Assembly (NCBI GenBank): GCA_963760885.1
Contig: CAVXEY010000015.1
Coordinates: forward strand, 449,785 to 513,784
Reading direction: 5' to 3'
DNA from: an uncultured delta proteobacterium
Lineage (GTDB): Bacteria > Desulfobacterota > Deferrimicrobia > Deferrimicrobiales > Deferrimicrobiaceae
DNA: 64,000 nt
In this document: piece after piece, positions 9,895 to 18,958 of the stretch
Numbering within the stretch: position 1 is the stretch's first letter
Layout: every line of letters starts with the position of its first letter
Notes under the pieces: generated by a model
Told to the model about the DNA's origin: nothing
What the model saw: the letters and a program-made list of their open reading frames with translations, nothing else
Databases searched by the model: none
Position numbers and translations under genes: made by a program

Positions 9895-10721
9895 TCCCTT
9901 ACCGCCCCTCTCGTCAGCCCCGCCACGATCCCCCGCTGGAACAGCAGCACCAGGAGGACGACCGGCACGACGGCAAGCGTCGCCGCCGCCATGATCATGC
10001 CCCAGGGGACCTCCCCGTGCAGCCCCTCGAAGAGCGCGATCCCCACGGGGATCGTGCGGGCGTTCCTGCCCGTGGTCAACAGAAGCGCGAACAGGAACTC
10101 GTTGAAGGCGAAGATGAACGCCAGGATCGCGGTGGAGAGGATCCCGGGGGCGGCGACGGGAACCATCACCTTCCGCAGCGCGGCAAGCCGGCCACAGCCG
10201 TCGAGAAGCGCCGCGCGGTCGAGGTCCCGGGGGATCCGGGAGAAATGACTCGCGAGGATCCACAGGGACAGGGGGAGGACCCACGCCGTGTAGGGGAGCA
10301 CCAGGGCGGCGTAGGTGTTGATCCAGCCCAGTGCGCTCATCATCCGGAAAAGATAACTCACCAGGCTCACGGGCGGAAACATGGAGACCGCCAGGACGAG
10401 GAAGAGGAAGGACATCCGGCCGGGCAGTTCCAGCCGGGTGACCGCGTAGGCGGCGGGGGCCGCAAGGGCCACGGCGAGGGCGGCGGAAAGCCCCGAGACC
10501 ACGATGCTGTTCACGACATACTCCGGAAAATGGAGCGACCCCGTTCCGAGCACCTCCAGGAAATTCCCGGCGGTCAGGCGCACCTCCGCTCCCGCCGAGA
10601 GAACGTCGGGGCGGCTCGACGCCCCGACGAGAACCATGTAGGCGACCGGCAGGAGGCAGAAGACCAACATCGCCGCGGAACCCACGGTGTAGAGGATCCG
10701 GATCCTGCGCTCCTCGCTCAT
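9891..10721 (-). CDS. sugar ABC transporter permease (MalG/UgpE-like)
   Basis: Start MSEERRIRILYT at the ATG 10719-10721 with GGGAGGGAG upstream. It has 6 TM helices and the EAA-like loop ...DRAALLDGCGRLAALRKVMVP. It overlaps its neighbours by 4 nt on both sides. Confidence 0.85.
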   Translation of the reverse strand: MSEERRIRILYTVGSAAMLVFCLLPVAYMVLVGASSRPDVLSAGAEVRLTAGNFLEVLGTGSLHFPEYVVNSIVVSGLSAALAVALAAPAAYAVTRLELPGRMSFLFLVLAVSMFPPVSLVSYLFRMMSALGWINTYAALVLPYTAWVLPLSLWILASHFSRIPRDLDRAALLDGCGRLAALRKVMVPVAAPGILSTAILAFIFAFNEFLFALLLTTGRNARTIPVGIALFEGLHGEVPWGMIMAAATLAVVPVVLLVLLFQRGIVAGLTRGAVRE

Positions 10722-11608
10722 GCGATCTCCCTCCCGAACCGGCTTGCCCGCAGATACAGAAGGGAGAACATGAGGGCGAGAAGGAACAGTACGACGGAGA
10801 TCGCCGACCCGTACCCGAAATCCCCCCCGACGAAGAAGCGGTACCCGTACATGGAAAGGGAGGTCGTGCTCCCCCCCGGGCCTCCCCCCGTGAGGACGAA
10901 TACGAGGTCGAAGACGCGCAGGGAGTCGATCGTGCGGAAAAGGAGCGCCACGACGAGGACGGGCCGCAGCAGCGGGAGCGTGACCCGGGAAAACCGCTGC
11001 AAGGGGCCCGCCCGGTCCACCTCGGCCTGCCGGTAGAGGTCCTCCGGGATCGCGGAGAGGCCGGCAAGGAGCAGGATCGCCACGAACGGCGTCGTCTTCC
11101 ATGCGTCCGCCGCGACGAGCGCGAGGAAGGCGCCGGCGGACGTCCCGAGCCAATGGACGGGCCCTTCGGAGAGCCCGATTCCGGTCGCGAGCGCGTTCGC
11201 GAGTCCGTACTGGACGTTGTAGATCAATTCGAAGACCCTCCCGGAGACGGCGGCCGGAATCGCCCAGGGGAGGAGGACCCCGGCGCGCAAGAACCCGCGG
11301 GCGGAGGTGGGGTGTTCGAGGAGGAGCGCGAAGGCGAGCCCCAGCGCCAGTTCCAGGGGGACGGACACGAGGGTGAAGAGCCCCGTGAAGCGGAGGGATT
11401 GCCAGAACCCCGGATCCGAGGCCAGGGCCCGGTAATTTCCGAGGCCGATGAATCGCCGCGGAAGGAAGGTCACATCCCGATGCAGGCTGTCAAGGAGGGT
11501 CCCCGCCACGGGGAGGAAGACGAACGCCAGCAGGAGGGCGCACACCGGGGCGAGAAAACCGTACCCCTTCAGGAGTTCTTGAAGATCGTGGTCTTTTCTC
11601 ATGCGCAC
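10718..11608 (-). CDS. sugar ABC transporter permease (MalF/UgpA-like)
   Basis: GTG at 11606-08 or ATG at 11600-02 (MRMRKDHDL...). It has the EAA loop ...EVDRAGPLQRFSRVTLPLL and 6 TM helices. Confidence 0.85.
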   Translation of the reverse strand: MRMRKDHDLQELLKGYGFLAPVCALLLAFVFLPVAGTLLDSLHRDVTFLPRRFIGLGNYRALASDPGFWQSLRFTGLFTLVSVPLELALGLAFALLLEHPTSARGFLRAGVLLPWAIPAAVSGRVFELIYNVQYGLANALATGIGLSEGPVHWLGTSAGAFLALVAADAWKTTPFVAILLLAGLSAIPEDLYRQAEVDRAGPLQRFSRVTLPLLRPVLVVALLFRTIDSLRVFDLVFVLTGGGPGGSTTSLSMYGYRFFVGGDFGYGSAISVVLFLLALMFSLLYLRASRFGREIA

Positions 11609-11611
11609 GCC

Positions 11612-12907
11612 TCACTCGTACCGCGACAGGACGTCGCGGATTTCCCGCTGGGCGGCGGCGAGCGCCTCCCCGGGGGACAGCTTGCCGGCCAGGGCGGCGT
11701 TCAGGCGGCGCTGAAGGATTTCCGACACCTGGCTGTAGTACGGCACCACTGGACGGGGCCGGGCGCGTTCGATCACTGTCCGCAATTCCTTATAGTATGG
11801 GAGCCGCTCCGCCACTTCCGGATCGTCGTATATGTCCTTCCGACCGGAGTTCCAGCCGAGGCGAAGGGCGAGCTTCTTCTGGACCTCGCGGGAAGTGAGA
11901 AAACCGATGAGCCTCGCGCCTTCCGCCGCGGCGTCGCCGTACCGGGAAAGGCCGACATGCCACCCTCCCAGGCACGCCGTGCCGCGGCCCGCCTCGAACG
12001 CGGGGAGCGGGGCGGCGCCCGTCACCCCCTTGACCCTGGAGCCCGGTGCCTGGTGAAGGGACCAGGCGTAGGGCCAGTTCCGCTCGAAAAGCGCGTTCCC
12101 CTCCTGGAAAAAGGTGCGCGCCTCTTCCTCCTTCATTTCCGTGTAGGTGTTCGGCGGCGAGATCCCGTATTCGTGGATCAGGTCGCGCATGAACCGGAGC
12201 GCCTCGCGATTCCGGGGGGTGTCCACGACCACCTGGCCGCCGACCGTCTCCACCCCGCCGTCCGCCCCCGCGAACTCCAGGAAGTCGCAGACGAGTCCTT
12301 CGTACTGCGCTCCCTGCCAGACGAACCCGTAAAACCCCGGCCGATCCCGGCGCTCCCCGCGCTGGACCTTCAGAGCGGCCTCCTTGAGCCGCTCCCAGGT
12401 GGCCGGGGGCCCGGGGATGCCGTATTTCCGCAGGAGGTCGGTCCGGTAGTAGAGAATCCCGCCATCCACGTACAGCGGCAAGGCGACGGTGCGTCCCTGC
12501 CAGGTGTCGACCAGGTCGAGGATACGGGGGAAGAAGGCATCCCGCGCGCTGCATCCGTCGCGGCCCAGGTAGGGGTCGAGGGGGGCCAGCCACCCGGAAG
12601 CGGCGAATTGCGCCAGCCATGCCACGTCCATGAGAAATACGTCCGGATCCTTTTCCCGCGCCAGGAGCGCGACGGAAAGGGTCTGGCGACGAAGGCTCGT
12701 GTCGGTGGGTTGGCGCAGCAACTCGACGCGGATCCCCGTCCGGGCCGTGAATTCCCGGAGGAGCTCCTCCCAGTAATCCAGTTCGGAAGGCGCGCCCCCC
12801 ACGGCGAACGTAAGCGTCTTTACGGGTGGGCGCAGTCCGGCAGGCTGCGAGTCCCTGGATGTCCCGAGGAGAAGCACGGCGACGAGAAGAAGGACCCGGA
12901 TCCGCAC
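11612..12907 (-). CDS. ABC transporter extracellular solute-binding protein, family 1 (sugar-binding)
   Basis: GTG start at 12907 with GGAGG 5 nt upstream, signal peptide MRIRVLLLVAVLLLG, 431 aa. It is the first gene of the SBP-permease-permease-ATPase operon. Confidence 0.8.
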   Translation of the reverse strand: MRIRVLLLVAVLLLGTSRDSQPAGLRPPVKTLTFAVGGAPSELDYWEELLREFTARTGIRVELLRQPTDTSLRRQTLSVALLAREKDPDVFLMDVAWLAQFAASGWLAPLDPYLGRDGCSARDAFFPRILDLVDTWQGRTVALPLYVDGGILYYRTDLLRKYGIPGPPATWERLKEAALKVQRGERRDRPGFYGFVWQGAQYEGLVCDFLEFAGADGGVETVGGQVVVDTPRNREALRFMRDLIHEYGISPPNTYTEMKEEEARTFFQEGNALFERNWPYAWSLHQAPGSRVKGVTGAAPLPAFEAGRGTACLGGWHVGLSRYGDAAAEGARLIGFLTSREVQKKLALRLGWNSGRKDIYDDPEVAERLPYYKELRTVIERARPRPVVPYYSQVSEILQRRLNAALAGKLSPGEALAAAQREIRDVLSRYE

Positions 12908-12954
12908 GCGACCTCCGGCACGGTGGTCTCGAGGAGGAGACTACAGGATATACA

Positions 12955-13224
12955 TTATCCTGATTTTTTCCTCGATCGATACCCGCAAGGCGTGATCCGG
13001 TCGGAAGGCACCGAGAATACGACGCAGGCATAGATCACCAGGAGGGCGGCGGCCGACACGGCCTTTCTCAATAACTTCACCTTCTCGATTTTGGCCTGGG
13101 GATCCACGGACTTCTCCCGTTCCCTCGCCGATATGCGACGGTTCTCGCAAATTAGAGTGCCATACGGCGAGAAATATTCAATCGCCAGGGAAAAAACCGG
13201 CCCATGGGGTCGATGCCGTCGCAC
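12955..13224 (-). CDS. hypothetical small protein (possible single-TM peptide) upstream of the ABC operon
   Basis: The ORF lies in a lower-GC intergenic stretch; only its C-terminal hydrophobic segment has genome-like codon usage. Very uncertain. Confidence 0.15.
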   Translation of the reverse strand: MRRHRPHGPVFSLAIEYFSPYGTLICENRRISAREREKSVDPQAKIEKVKLLRKAVSAAALLVIYACVVFSVPSDRITPCGYRSRKKSG

Positions 13225-13230
13225 CTGCCC

Positions 13231-13992
13231 TCATTGCATCTGGCGGATGCGCACCTCGATCTCCTTCTGACCCCGGAGGAGTTCGACGATCCTGGAGGTG
13301 TCGGTCTCGCCGAAATGGTAGGGGTAGAGGATCTTCGGGCGGAGCACGCGGGCCGCGTCGGCCACCATCTCCGGGGTCATGGTGTACGGGAGATTCATCG
13401 GAAGGAACGCGACGTCTACCCCGGCGAGAGCCCTCATCTCGGGGATGTTCTCCGTGTCGCCGGCCACGTACACCCTCTTGTCCCCGAAGGTGAGGACGTA
13501 GCCGTTGCCGCGCCCCTTGGGGTGATAGGGGACTCCGGGGCTGCGCTCGTGGACGAGATTGTAGGCAGGGACGGCGGTCACCGGGATGCCGGGAGAATTC
13601 TTCCGGGTTCCGGGGAACACCTTCCGATCGCCGTTCTTCATGACCACGGCGCCGGGGATCTTTTCGGCGGCGGCCGGACTCGCCGCCACCACGGTCCCGT
13701 CGCTCCGGATCGCCTGGATCGCCCCCAGGTCGAGATGATCGCCATGCTCGTGGGTAACGAGGATGATGTCGGCCTTGGGGAGGGTCGTATAGTCCGCCAC
13801 CTTGCTGTAGGGGTCGATGGCGATGGTCGTGCCGTCGAAAGAGAAGAGGAGACTCCCGTGGCCAAGAAAGGTCACGGTGAGGTCGCCGGCACCCGTCGGG
13901 ATGACGTCCGTTTCATGCCGCCGCTCATTCCCGAATGCCGTTCCTGCAAATAGGGTCATCAGGAACAGAACCACGACAGGCAGCCCCTTCAT
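13231..13992 (-). CDS. secreted MBL-fold metallo-hydrolase
   Basis: Start MKGLPVVVLFLMTLFAGTAFG (signal peptide) at the ATG 13990-92 with GGGAGG upstream. It has the HEHGDH metallo-beta-lactamase motif. The ORF-track extension to 15354 is antisense read-through. Confidence 0.8.
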   Translation of the reverse strand: MKGLPVVVLFLMTLFAGTAFGNERRHETDVIPTGAGDLTVTFLGHGSLLFSFDGTTIAIDPYSKVADYTTLPKADIILVTHEHGDHLDLGAIQAIRSDGTVVAASPAAAEKIPGAVVMKNGDRKVFPGTRKNSPGIPVTAVPAYNLVHERSPGVPYHPKGRGNGYVLTFGDKRVYVAGDTENIPEMRALAGVDVAFLPMNLPYTMTPEMVADAARVLRPKILYPYHFGETDTSRIVELLRGQKEIEVRIRQMQ

Positions 13993-14160
13993 GATCGCCT
14001 CCCGGTGTAGGATGCCGTTTTGATGTCGCTTTGCCGGCGCGGGTTCCAGGACGCGCCCCGAGGATCGGGTTGCCGCGATTCCTTTGATAAGATATAGGAA
14101 GATCCAGGAACACCGGTCCAAGCGTCGCAGAGACCGATTCCCCTTGAAGAAAGGAAACCG

Positions 14161-15327
14161 ATGAAGATCGTCGACATACAGGAGCGTACCGCTTCCATCG
14201 CCTCCCCCATCCGGAACGCGTACATCGACTTCAGTAAAATGACGGTGTCCGTCGCCGCCGTCGTCACGGATGTGATCCGGGACGGCAGGCCGGTCGTGGG
14301 ATACGGGTTCAACTCGAACGGCAGGTACGCACAGGGGTGCCTGCTGCGGGAGCGGTTCATCCCTCGCGTGCTCGAGGCGGACCCCTCGGCGTACCTGTCC
14401 GAGGCCGGGGACAACCTCGACCCCTTCCGGCTTTGGGACATCATGATGGCCAACGAAAAACCGGGAGGCCACGGTGAGCGGTCGGTGGCGGTGGGTGTCA
14501 TCGACATGGCGATCTGGGACGCGGTGGCGAAAATCGAGCGAAAACCCCTCTACCGGCTGCTCGCCGACCGCTACAACGGCGGCGCCGCGGTCCGCCGTGT
14601 GTTCGTCTACGCCGCCGGCGGCTACTACTACCCCGGGAAAGGGAACCGGGAGTTGCAGGACGAAATGAGCCGATACCTGGACGCCGGGTACCGGACGGTG
14701 AAGATCAAGATCGGAGGTGCCCCCCTTGCCGAGGACCTGGGAAGGATCGAGTCGGTCCTTTCCCTGGTGTCCGGCGGGGATCGCCTTGCCGTCGACGCGA
14801 ACGGACGGTTCGACCTGGATACCGCGACGCGGTACGGGGATGCTCTCGCGCCCTACGGCCTGCGATGGTACGAAGAACCCGGAGACCCCCTCGACTACCG
14901 GCTTCACGCGGAGCTTGCGACCCGGTACCAGGGTCCCATCGCCACCGGTGAGAACCTTTTTTCCATGCAGGACATGAGAAACCTGCTCCGCCACGCGGGG
15001 CTGCGAAAGGACCGGGACATCCTCCAGATGGACCCGGTCCTGTCCTACGGCCTGGTGGAGTATCTCCGGATGCTCGAGGTGCTGGGGGCGATGGGCTGGT
15101 CCCGCGACCGTTGCATCCCCCATGGCGGGCACCAGTTCGCCCTCAACATCGCCGCCGGCCTCGGACTGGGGGGAAACGAATCCTACCCGGAAATGTTCGC
15201 CCCGTTCGGAGGTTTCTGCGATGACACCCCGGTGGAGAACGGGACGATCGGCCTGCCGGACATCCCGGGCGTCGGCTTCGAGGCGAAGTCGGGCCTGATC
15301 GATCGCATCCGCTCCCTTTTCGGGTGA
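14161..15327 (+). CDS. enolase-superfamily enzyme (mandelate racemase / muconate lactonizing enzyme family)
   Basis: 388 aa with an MR/MLE-like barrel domain (KIKIGG..., DANGRFD..., E..P metal-ligand pattern). Confidence 0.7.
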   Translation: MKIVDIQERTASIASPIRNAYIDFSKMTVSVAAVVTDVIRDGRPVVGYGFNSNGRYAQGCLLRERFIPRVLEADPSAYLSEAGDNLDPFRLWDIMMANEKPGGHGERSVAVGVIDMAIWDAVAKIERKPLYRLLADRYNGGAAVRRVFVYAAGGYYYPGKGNRELQDEMSRYLDAGYRTVKIKIGGAPLAEDLGRIESVLSLVSGGDRLAVDANGRFDLDTATRYGDALAPYGLRWYEEPGDPLDYRLHAELATRYQGPIATGENLFSMQDMRNLLRHAGLRKDRDILQMDPVLSYGLVEYLRMLEVLGAMGWSRDRCIPHGGHQFALNIAAGLGLGGNESYPEMFAPFGGFCDDTPVENGTIGLPDIPGVGFEAKSGLIDRIRSLFG

Positions 15328-15390
15328 AACCAGGCACCCCGAAAATCCCTCCAAGTACGAAAGGCATCAACGAACCGCGAGGGAGATCCC

Positions 15391-15843
15391 ATGTGGAAAC
15401 GGCTGCTGCATACTTCCGATAACGTGACGGACCTGATCCTGCGGCTCGCACTGGCGGCGGTCTTCTTTCCTCACGGCGCGCAGAAGGTGTTGGGGTGGTT
15501 CGGGGGATACGGGCTCACCGGAACCTTGGGCTTTTTTACCGGAAAACTGGGGATTCCGGTGGCATTCGCGCTGCTGGCGATCGCCGCGGAATTCCTCGGC
15601 AGCCTGGGGCTTTTCGTCGGCCTCCTCGCGCGCGTGGCCGCCTTCGGAATCTTCTGCGAAATGGCCGTGGCGGTGGCGATGGTACACAGCAAGGTGGGGT
15701 TTTTCATGAATTGGTACGGGCAGATGCCCGCGGGGAGCGAGGGGTTCGAGTACCACATCCTCGCCATGGCGCTGGCGTACGCCGTGATGGTGCGCGGCGC
15801 GGGCCCGGTCTCCCTCGACCGCATCCTGTCCCGGGAGCGATGA
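15391..15843 (+). CDS. DoxX family membrane protein
   Basis: 150 aa with 4 TM helices. The DoxX-like ...LLRLALAAVFFPHGAQKV... lies at the N-terminus. Confidence 0.7.
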   Translation: MWKRLLHTSDNVTDLILRLALAAVFFPHGAQKVLGWFGGYGLTGTLGFFTGKLGIPVAFALLAIAAEFLGSLGLFVGLLARVAAFGIFCEMAVAVAMVHSKVGFFMNWYGQMPAGSEGFEYHILAMALAYAVMVRGAGPVSLDRILSRER

Positions 15844-15914
15844 ACCTTCTTGCGTCCGAAACCGTCCAAGAGACATAGGAAAAAGTCATCCCGTGAACGG
15901 GAGGAGGACCTGGC

Positions 15915-16391
15915 ATGAAAAGGGGATTGTATCTGTTGCTGATTCTGGCCATGACCGCGTATGGATGCGCGACACCGATGGGTCCGAAGGAGACGGGCGG
16001 GACGGTCATCGGAGGTGTCGGAGGGGCGATCATCGGCTCCCAGGTCGGAGGGGGGACGGGGCGGCTTGTGGGCGTTGCGATCGGTACGCTGGCCGGCGCG
16101 TTGATCGGTCAGGAAGTCGGACGATCCTTGGACAAGGCGGACCGGCTGGCGATGGAGAACACGGCGCAGCAGGCGTTGGAATACAACGAGACCCGCCATT
16201 CGTCCGCATGGAGGAATCCCGACACCGGCCATTCCGGGACGATCACACCGATACGAACCTACAAGGAACCGGCCGGCCGTTATTGCAGGGAGTACACGCA
16301 GACGGTCATGATCGGAGGCGAGCAGAACAAGGCGTACGGAACGGCGTGCCGCCAGCCGGACGGGACCTGGAAAATCGTCAACAAGCAGTAG
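15915..16391 (+). CDS. outer-membrane lipoprotein with glycine-zipper motif (SlyB / 17-kDa antigen-like)
   Basis: The lipobox is LAMTAYGC. A GxxxGxxxG glycine zipper follows (VIGGVGGAIIGSQVGGGTGRLVGVAIGTLAGALIG), with a C-terminal domain ...RYCREYTQTV.... Confidence 0.7.
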   Translation: MKRGLYLLLILAMTAYGCATPMGPKETGGTVIGGVGGAIIGSQVGGGTGRLVGVAIGTLAGALIGQEVGRSLDKADRLAMENTAQQALEYNETRHSSAWRNPDTGHSGTITPIRTYKEPAGRYCREYTQTVMIGGEQNKAYGTACRQPDGTWKIVNKQ

Positions 16392-16422
16392 GCGGAAGAG
16401 CCCGGAGACAGGAAACGAGCGA

Positions 16423-17142
16423 ATGCATTATATTCCACTTGCCGTTCCGTTCTTTTTTGCGCTTTTCCTTTTCTTCGTTTTCGTTGTTGTTCTGATCGAG
16501 CTTCGAATCATCGAATACACCTACGAAAAGGTGGGGGTGGATCGCCGGTATATCTTTTTTCTGCTGCTGTTATCCTACGTGGGAAGCTACATCAACATTC
16601 CCGTCGCCCAACTTCCGCCGGAACCGATGCTTTCGCCCAGGATCATAGACTTTTTCGGCATGCAGTATGTGATACCGGCGGCGACCGAACGGCCGGGCAC
16701 GGTCATCGCCGTAAACCTTGGCGGCGCGGTGGTCCCCGTGATCCTTTCCATCTACCTCGTTGCGAGAAACCAGCTCTATCTCCGAAGCGTCCTGGCCATC
16801 GGAATCGTCACGGCTGTCGTGCACGTCATGGCGTATCCCGTCCCGGGTGTCGGGATCGCGGAACCGATGTTCATTCCACCTCTGGTCACGGCGGTCGTGG
16901 CCCTCGTGATCTCCCGGGAGCATGCTGCCCCGCTGGCGTACATCGCGGGCAGCCTTGGAACGCTGATCGGGGCCGACCTCCTCAATCTCGACAGGATTCA
17001 AGGCCTCGGCGCACCGGTGGCTTCCATCGGGGGCGCCGGCAAATTCGACGGGATCTTCCTGACGGGGCTTATCGCCGTCCTGCTCGCGAGTCTGATACGC
17101 CGGAAACAGAAGGTCTCGCGATCCCGGAATTCGACCGCTTGA
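16423..17142 (+). CDS. polytopic membrane protein (DUF1614-like)
   Basis: 239 aa, very hydrophobic, with an AT-richer 5' end. Family assignment is by recollection only. Confidence 0.5.
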   Translation: MHYIPLAVPFFFALFLFFVFVVVLIELRIIEYTYEKVGVDRRYIFFLLLLSYVGSYINIPVAQLPPEPMLSPRIIDFFGMQYVIPAATERPGTVIAVNLGGAVVPVILSIYLVARNQLYLRSVLAIGIVTAVVHVMAYPVPGVGIAEPMFIPPLVTAVVALVISREHAAPLAYIAGSLGTLIGADLLNLDRIQGLGAPVASIGGAGKFDGIFLTGLIAVLLASLIRRKQKVSRSRNSTA

Positions 17143-17147
17143 TCCGG

Positions 17148-17333
17148 TCAGGCGGCTTTCGCCCGAGCGACCGAGCAGGCGGCCTGGTAGATCTCCTCCA
17201 CCTCGAACCAGTCGTCGGTATGTTCCTCTTTCACGTGGCGAATCAGCCCCTCGATGACGATATCCCCTGTGTTTCCCTCGACAACGAAATCACAGTCGAT
17301 CCCCAGTTCCTTGCAACCGATCGAGGTGTTCAT
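17148..17333 (-). CDS. DUF1059 small metal-binding protein
   Basis: Start MNTSIGCKELGIDCDFVVEG... at the ATG 17331-33 with GGAGG upstream. It matches the DUF1059 pattern (C-x-DLG-x-DC-DF). The ORF-track N-terminal extension was rejected. Confidence 0.65.
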   Translation of the reverse strand: MNTSIGCKELGIDCDFVVEGNTGDIVIEGLIRHVKEEHTDDWFEVEEIYQAACSVARAKAA

Positions 17334-17496
17334 TTCCAACCTCCAGTTCCTGACCCGGTTTATCCCAAAACCCCATTTGGTTACTGTCATTAGGATATGC
17401 TCCGACACCTTCGGGGATTCCTCAGGAGGACAAATAGTTCGGGATGCGCCGTCAAGGATAGATCGAAGAGACCCCGTGCCGCATCCTACCCTGGTG

Positions 17497-17508
17497 TTGA
17501 CGCGTCAA
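17497..17508. promoter_or_regulatory. perfect 12-bp palindrome TTGACGCGTCAA in the cydA upstream region (candidate dimeric regulator site)
   Basis: It lies 109 nt upstream of the cydA ATG and resembles half-site spacing of CRP/FNR-type boxes (TTGAC-GC-GTCAA). It shares a GACGCGTC core with AGACGCGTCT at 33788-33797 upstream of cytochrome c553. Confidence 0.3.
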
Positions 17509-17616
17509 GATGCCGTACAGGTGCCATGGAAAGAGCGAAGAGGATAGAATCGAGGAGGTCTGCCGTGAACTGGCGGAGCCTGGCCGGCGGGTGCACCCTA
17601 TGAAGAGGACGGCGGA

Positions 17617-18955
17617 ATGACGGAACTCGACCTGGCGCGCGCGCAGATGGCGATGCTGTTCGCCTTCCACATTCTCTTTGCGGTGGCCGGGATGGGAATG
17701 CCCGTCCTCATGGTGATCGCCGAGAGGGGGCATCTTCGGACCGGGGATCCCGTCTACGCGGAGCTCGCGCGTCGCTGGGCGAAGGGGACATCGGTACTCT
17801 TCGCAGTGGGCGCGGTCTCCGGAACCGTCCTGTCGTTCGAGCTGGGGCTGTTGTGGCCCCGGTTCATGGCGTTCGCGGGCGGAGTCATCGGGCTCCCGTT
17901 CGCTCTGGAGGGATTCGCCTTCTTCACCGAGGCGATCTTTCTGGGGATCTACCTGTACGGCTGGGACCGCGTCTCCCCCCGCCTCCACCTCGCATCCGGC
18001 GTTCTCGTGGCCACGGGGGGGTCCTCTCCGGGATCTTCGTCGTTACCGCCAACGCCTGGATGAACAGTCCGGCGGGCTTTACCCTTGCGGACGGGAGGCC
18101 GGTCGACGTCTCCCCCCTCGCGGCGATGCTGAACCCGGCCTCGCTCACCGAGACGATCCACATGACCCTCGCCGCCTTCGCCGCGTCCGGGTTCGCGGTC
18201 GCGGGGATCCACGCGTTCCTTCTTCTGAGAAACCGGGAGAACGCATTCCACCGGAAAGCCCTGGAGATCGCCCTCGTGGTCGGAGGGATCGCCGCCGTGC
18301 TCCAGCCGCTCAGCGGCGACATGAATGCGCGCTTCGTCGCGCGGAACCAGCCGGTGAAGCTCGCGGCGCTGGAGGGGCAGTTCGAGACCGAGCGCGGGGC
18401 GCCCCTTCGGATCGGGGGAATCCCCGACGTCGCATCGCGGACCACGCGGTACGCCATCGAGATCCCGAAAGGCTTGAGCCTGCTGGCCTACCACGATCCC
18501 GACGCCCGGGTGCAGGGGCTCGCCGCGTTCCCCCGGGACGAATGGCCCGATCCCGTCCCGGTGCACCTCGCCTTCCAGGCGATGGTGGCCGGCGGCACGG
18601 CCCTGGCTCTCCTCTCCGTCGCGGCGGCCTGGCTTTTCCGGAAGAAACGGGAGGGGATTTTCGGCCGCCGGTTCCTGATCGCCGTCGCCCTCTGCGGACC
18701 GGTCGGGCTCCTCTGCGTGGAGGCGGGGTGGGGGGTCACCGAAATGGGCCGGCAGCCCTGGGCGATCCGCGGCGTCATGAGGACGGCGGAGGCGGTGACC
18801 CCCGTCGGAGGCCTTCTCCTCCCCTTCGCATTTTTCTCGCTTCTCTACCTGGGCCTCGGGGCGGCGTCCGTCTGGCTGCTGGGGCGCGAAGTCGCTGCGA
18901 GCCCTTTCTTCCCCGCCGACGGCGGGTGGATCCTCCGCGCCGGGGGAAGGAGTAG
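17617..18955 (+). CDS. cydA: cytochrome bd ubiquinol oxidase subunit I, reading frame interrupted by a -1 frameshift in G7 (18015-18021) and probably a second one near its 3' end
   Basis: ORF 17617..18063 (MTELDLARAQ...HLASGVLVATGG) and ORF 17853..19226 (...VLSGIFVVTANAWMNSPAGF...Q-loop...) are the two halves of CydA, and one extra G restores ATGGVLSGIF. The second frame overruns the cydB start. A further G in G5 at 18942-46 would end the protein ...ILRAGGKE* at 18955. Coordinates given are those of the presumed intact gene. Confidence 0.75.
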
Positions 18956-18958
18956 GGC

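Noticed and set aside
8791-11067. 758-aa ORF and 420-aa ORF suggesting large fusion proteins in the ABC operon
   Set aside because: They are read-through of adjacent genes in stop-poor sequence. Internal starts with RBS at 9894 and 10721 and the 4-nt overlaps define three separate genes.
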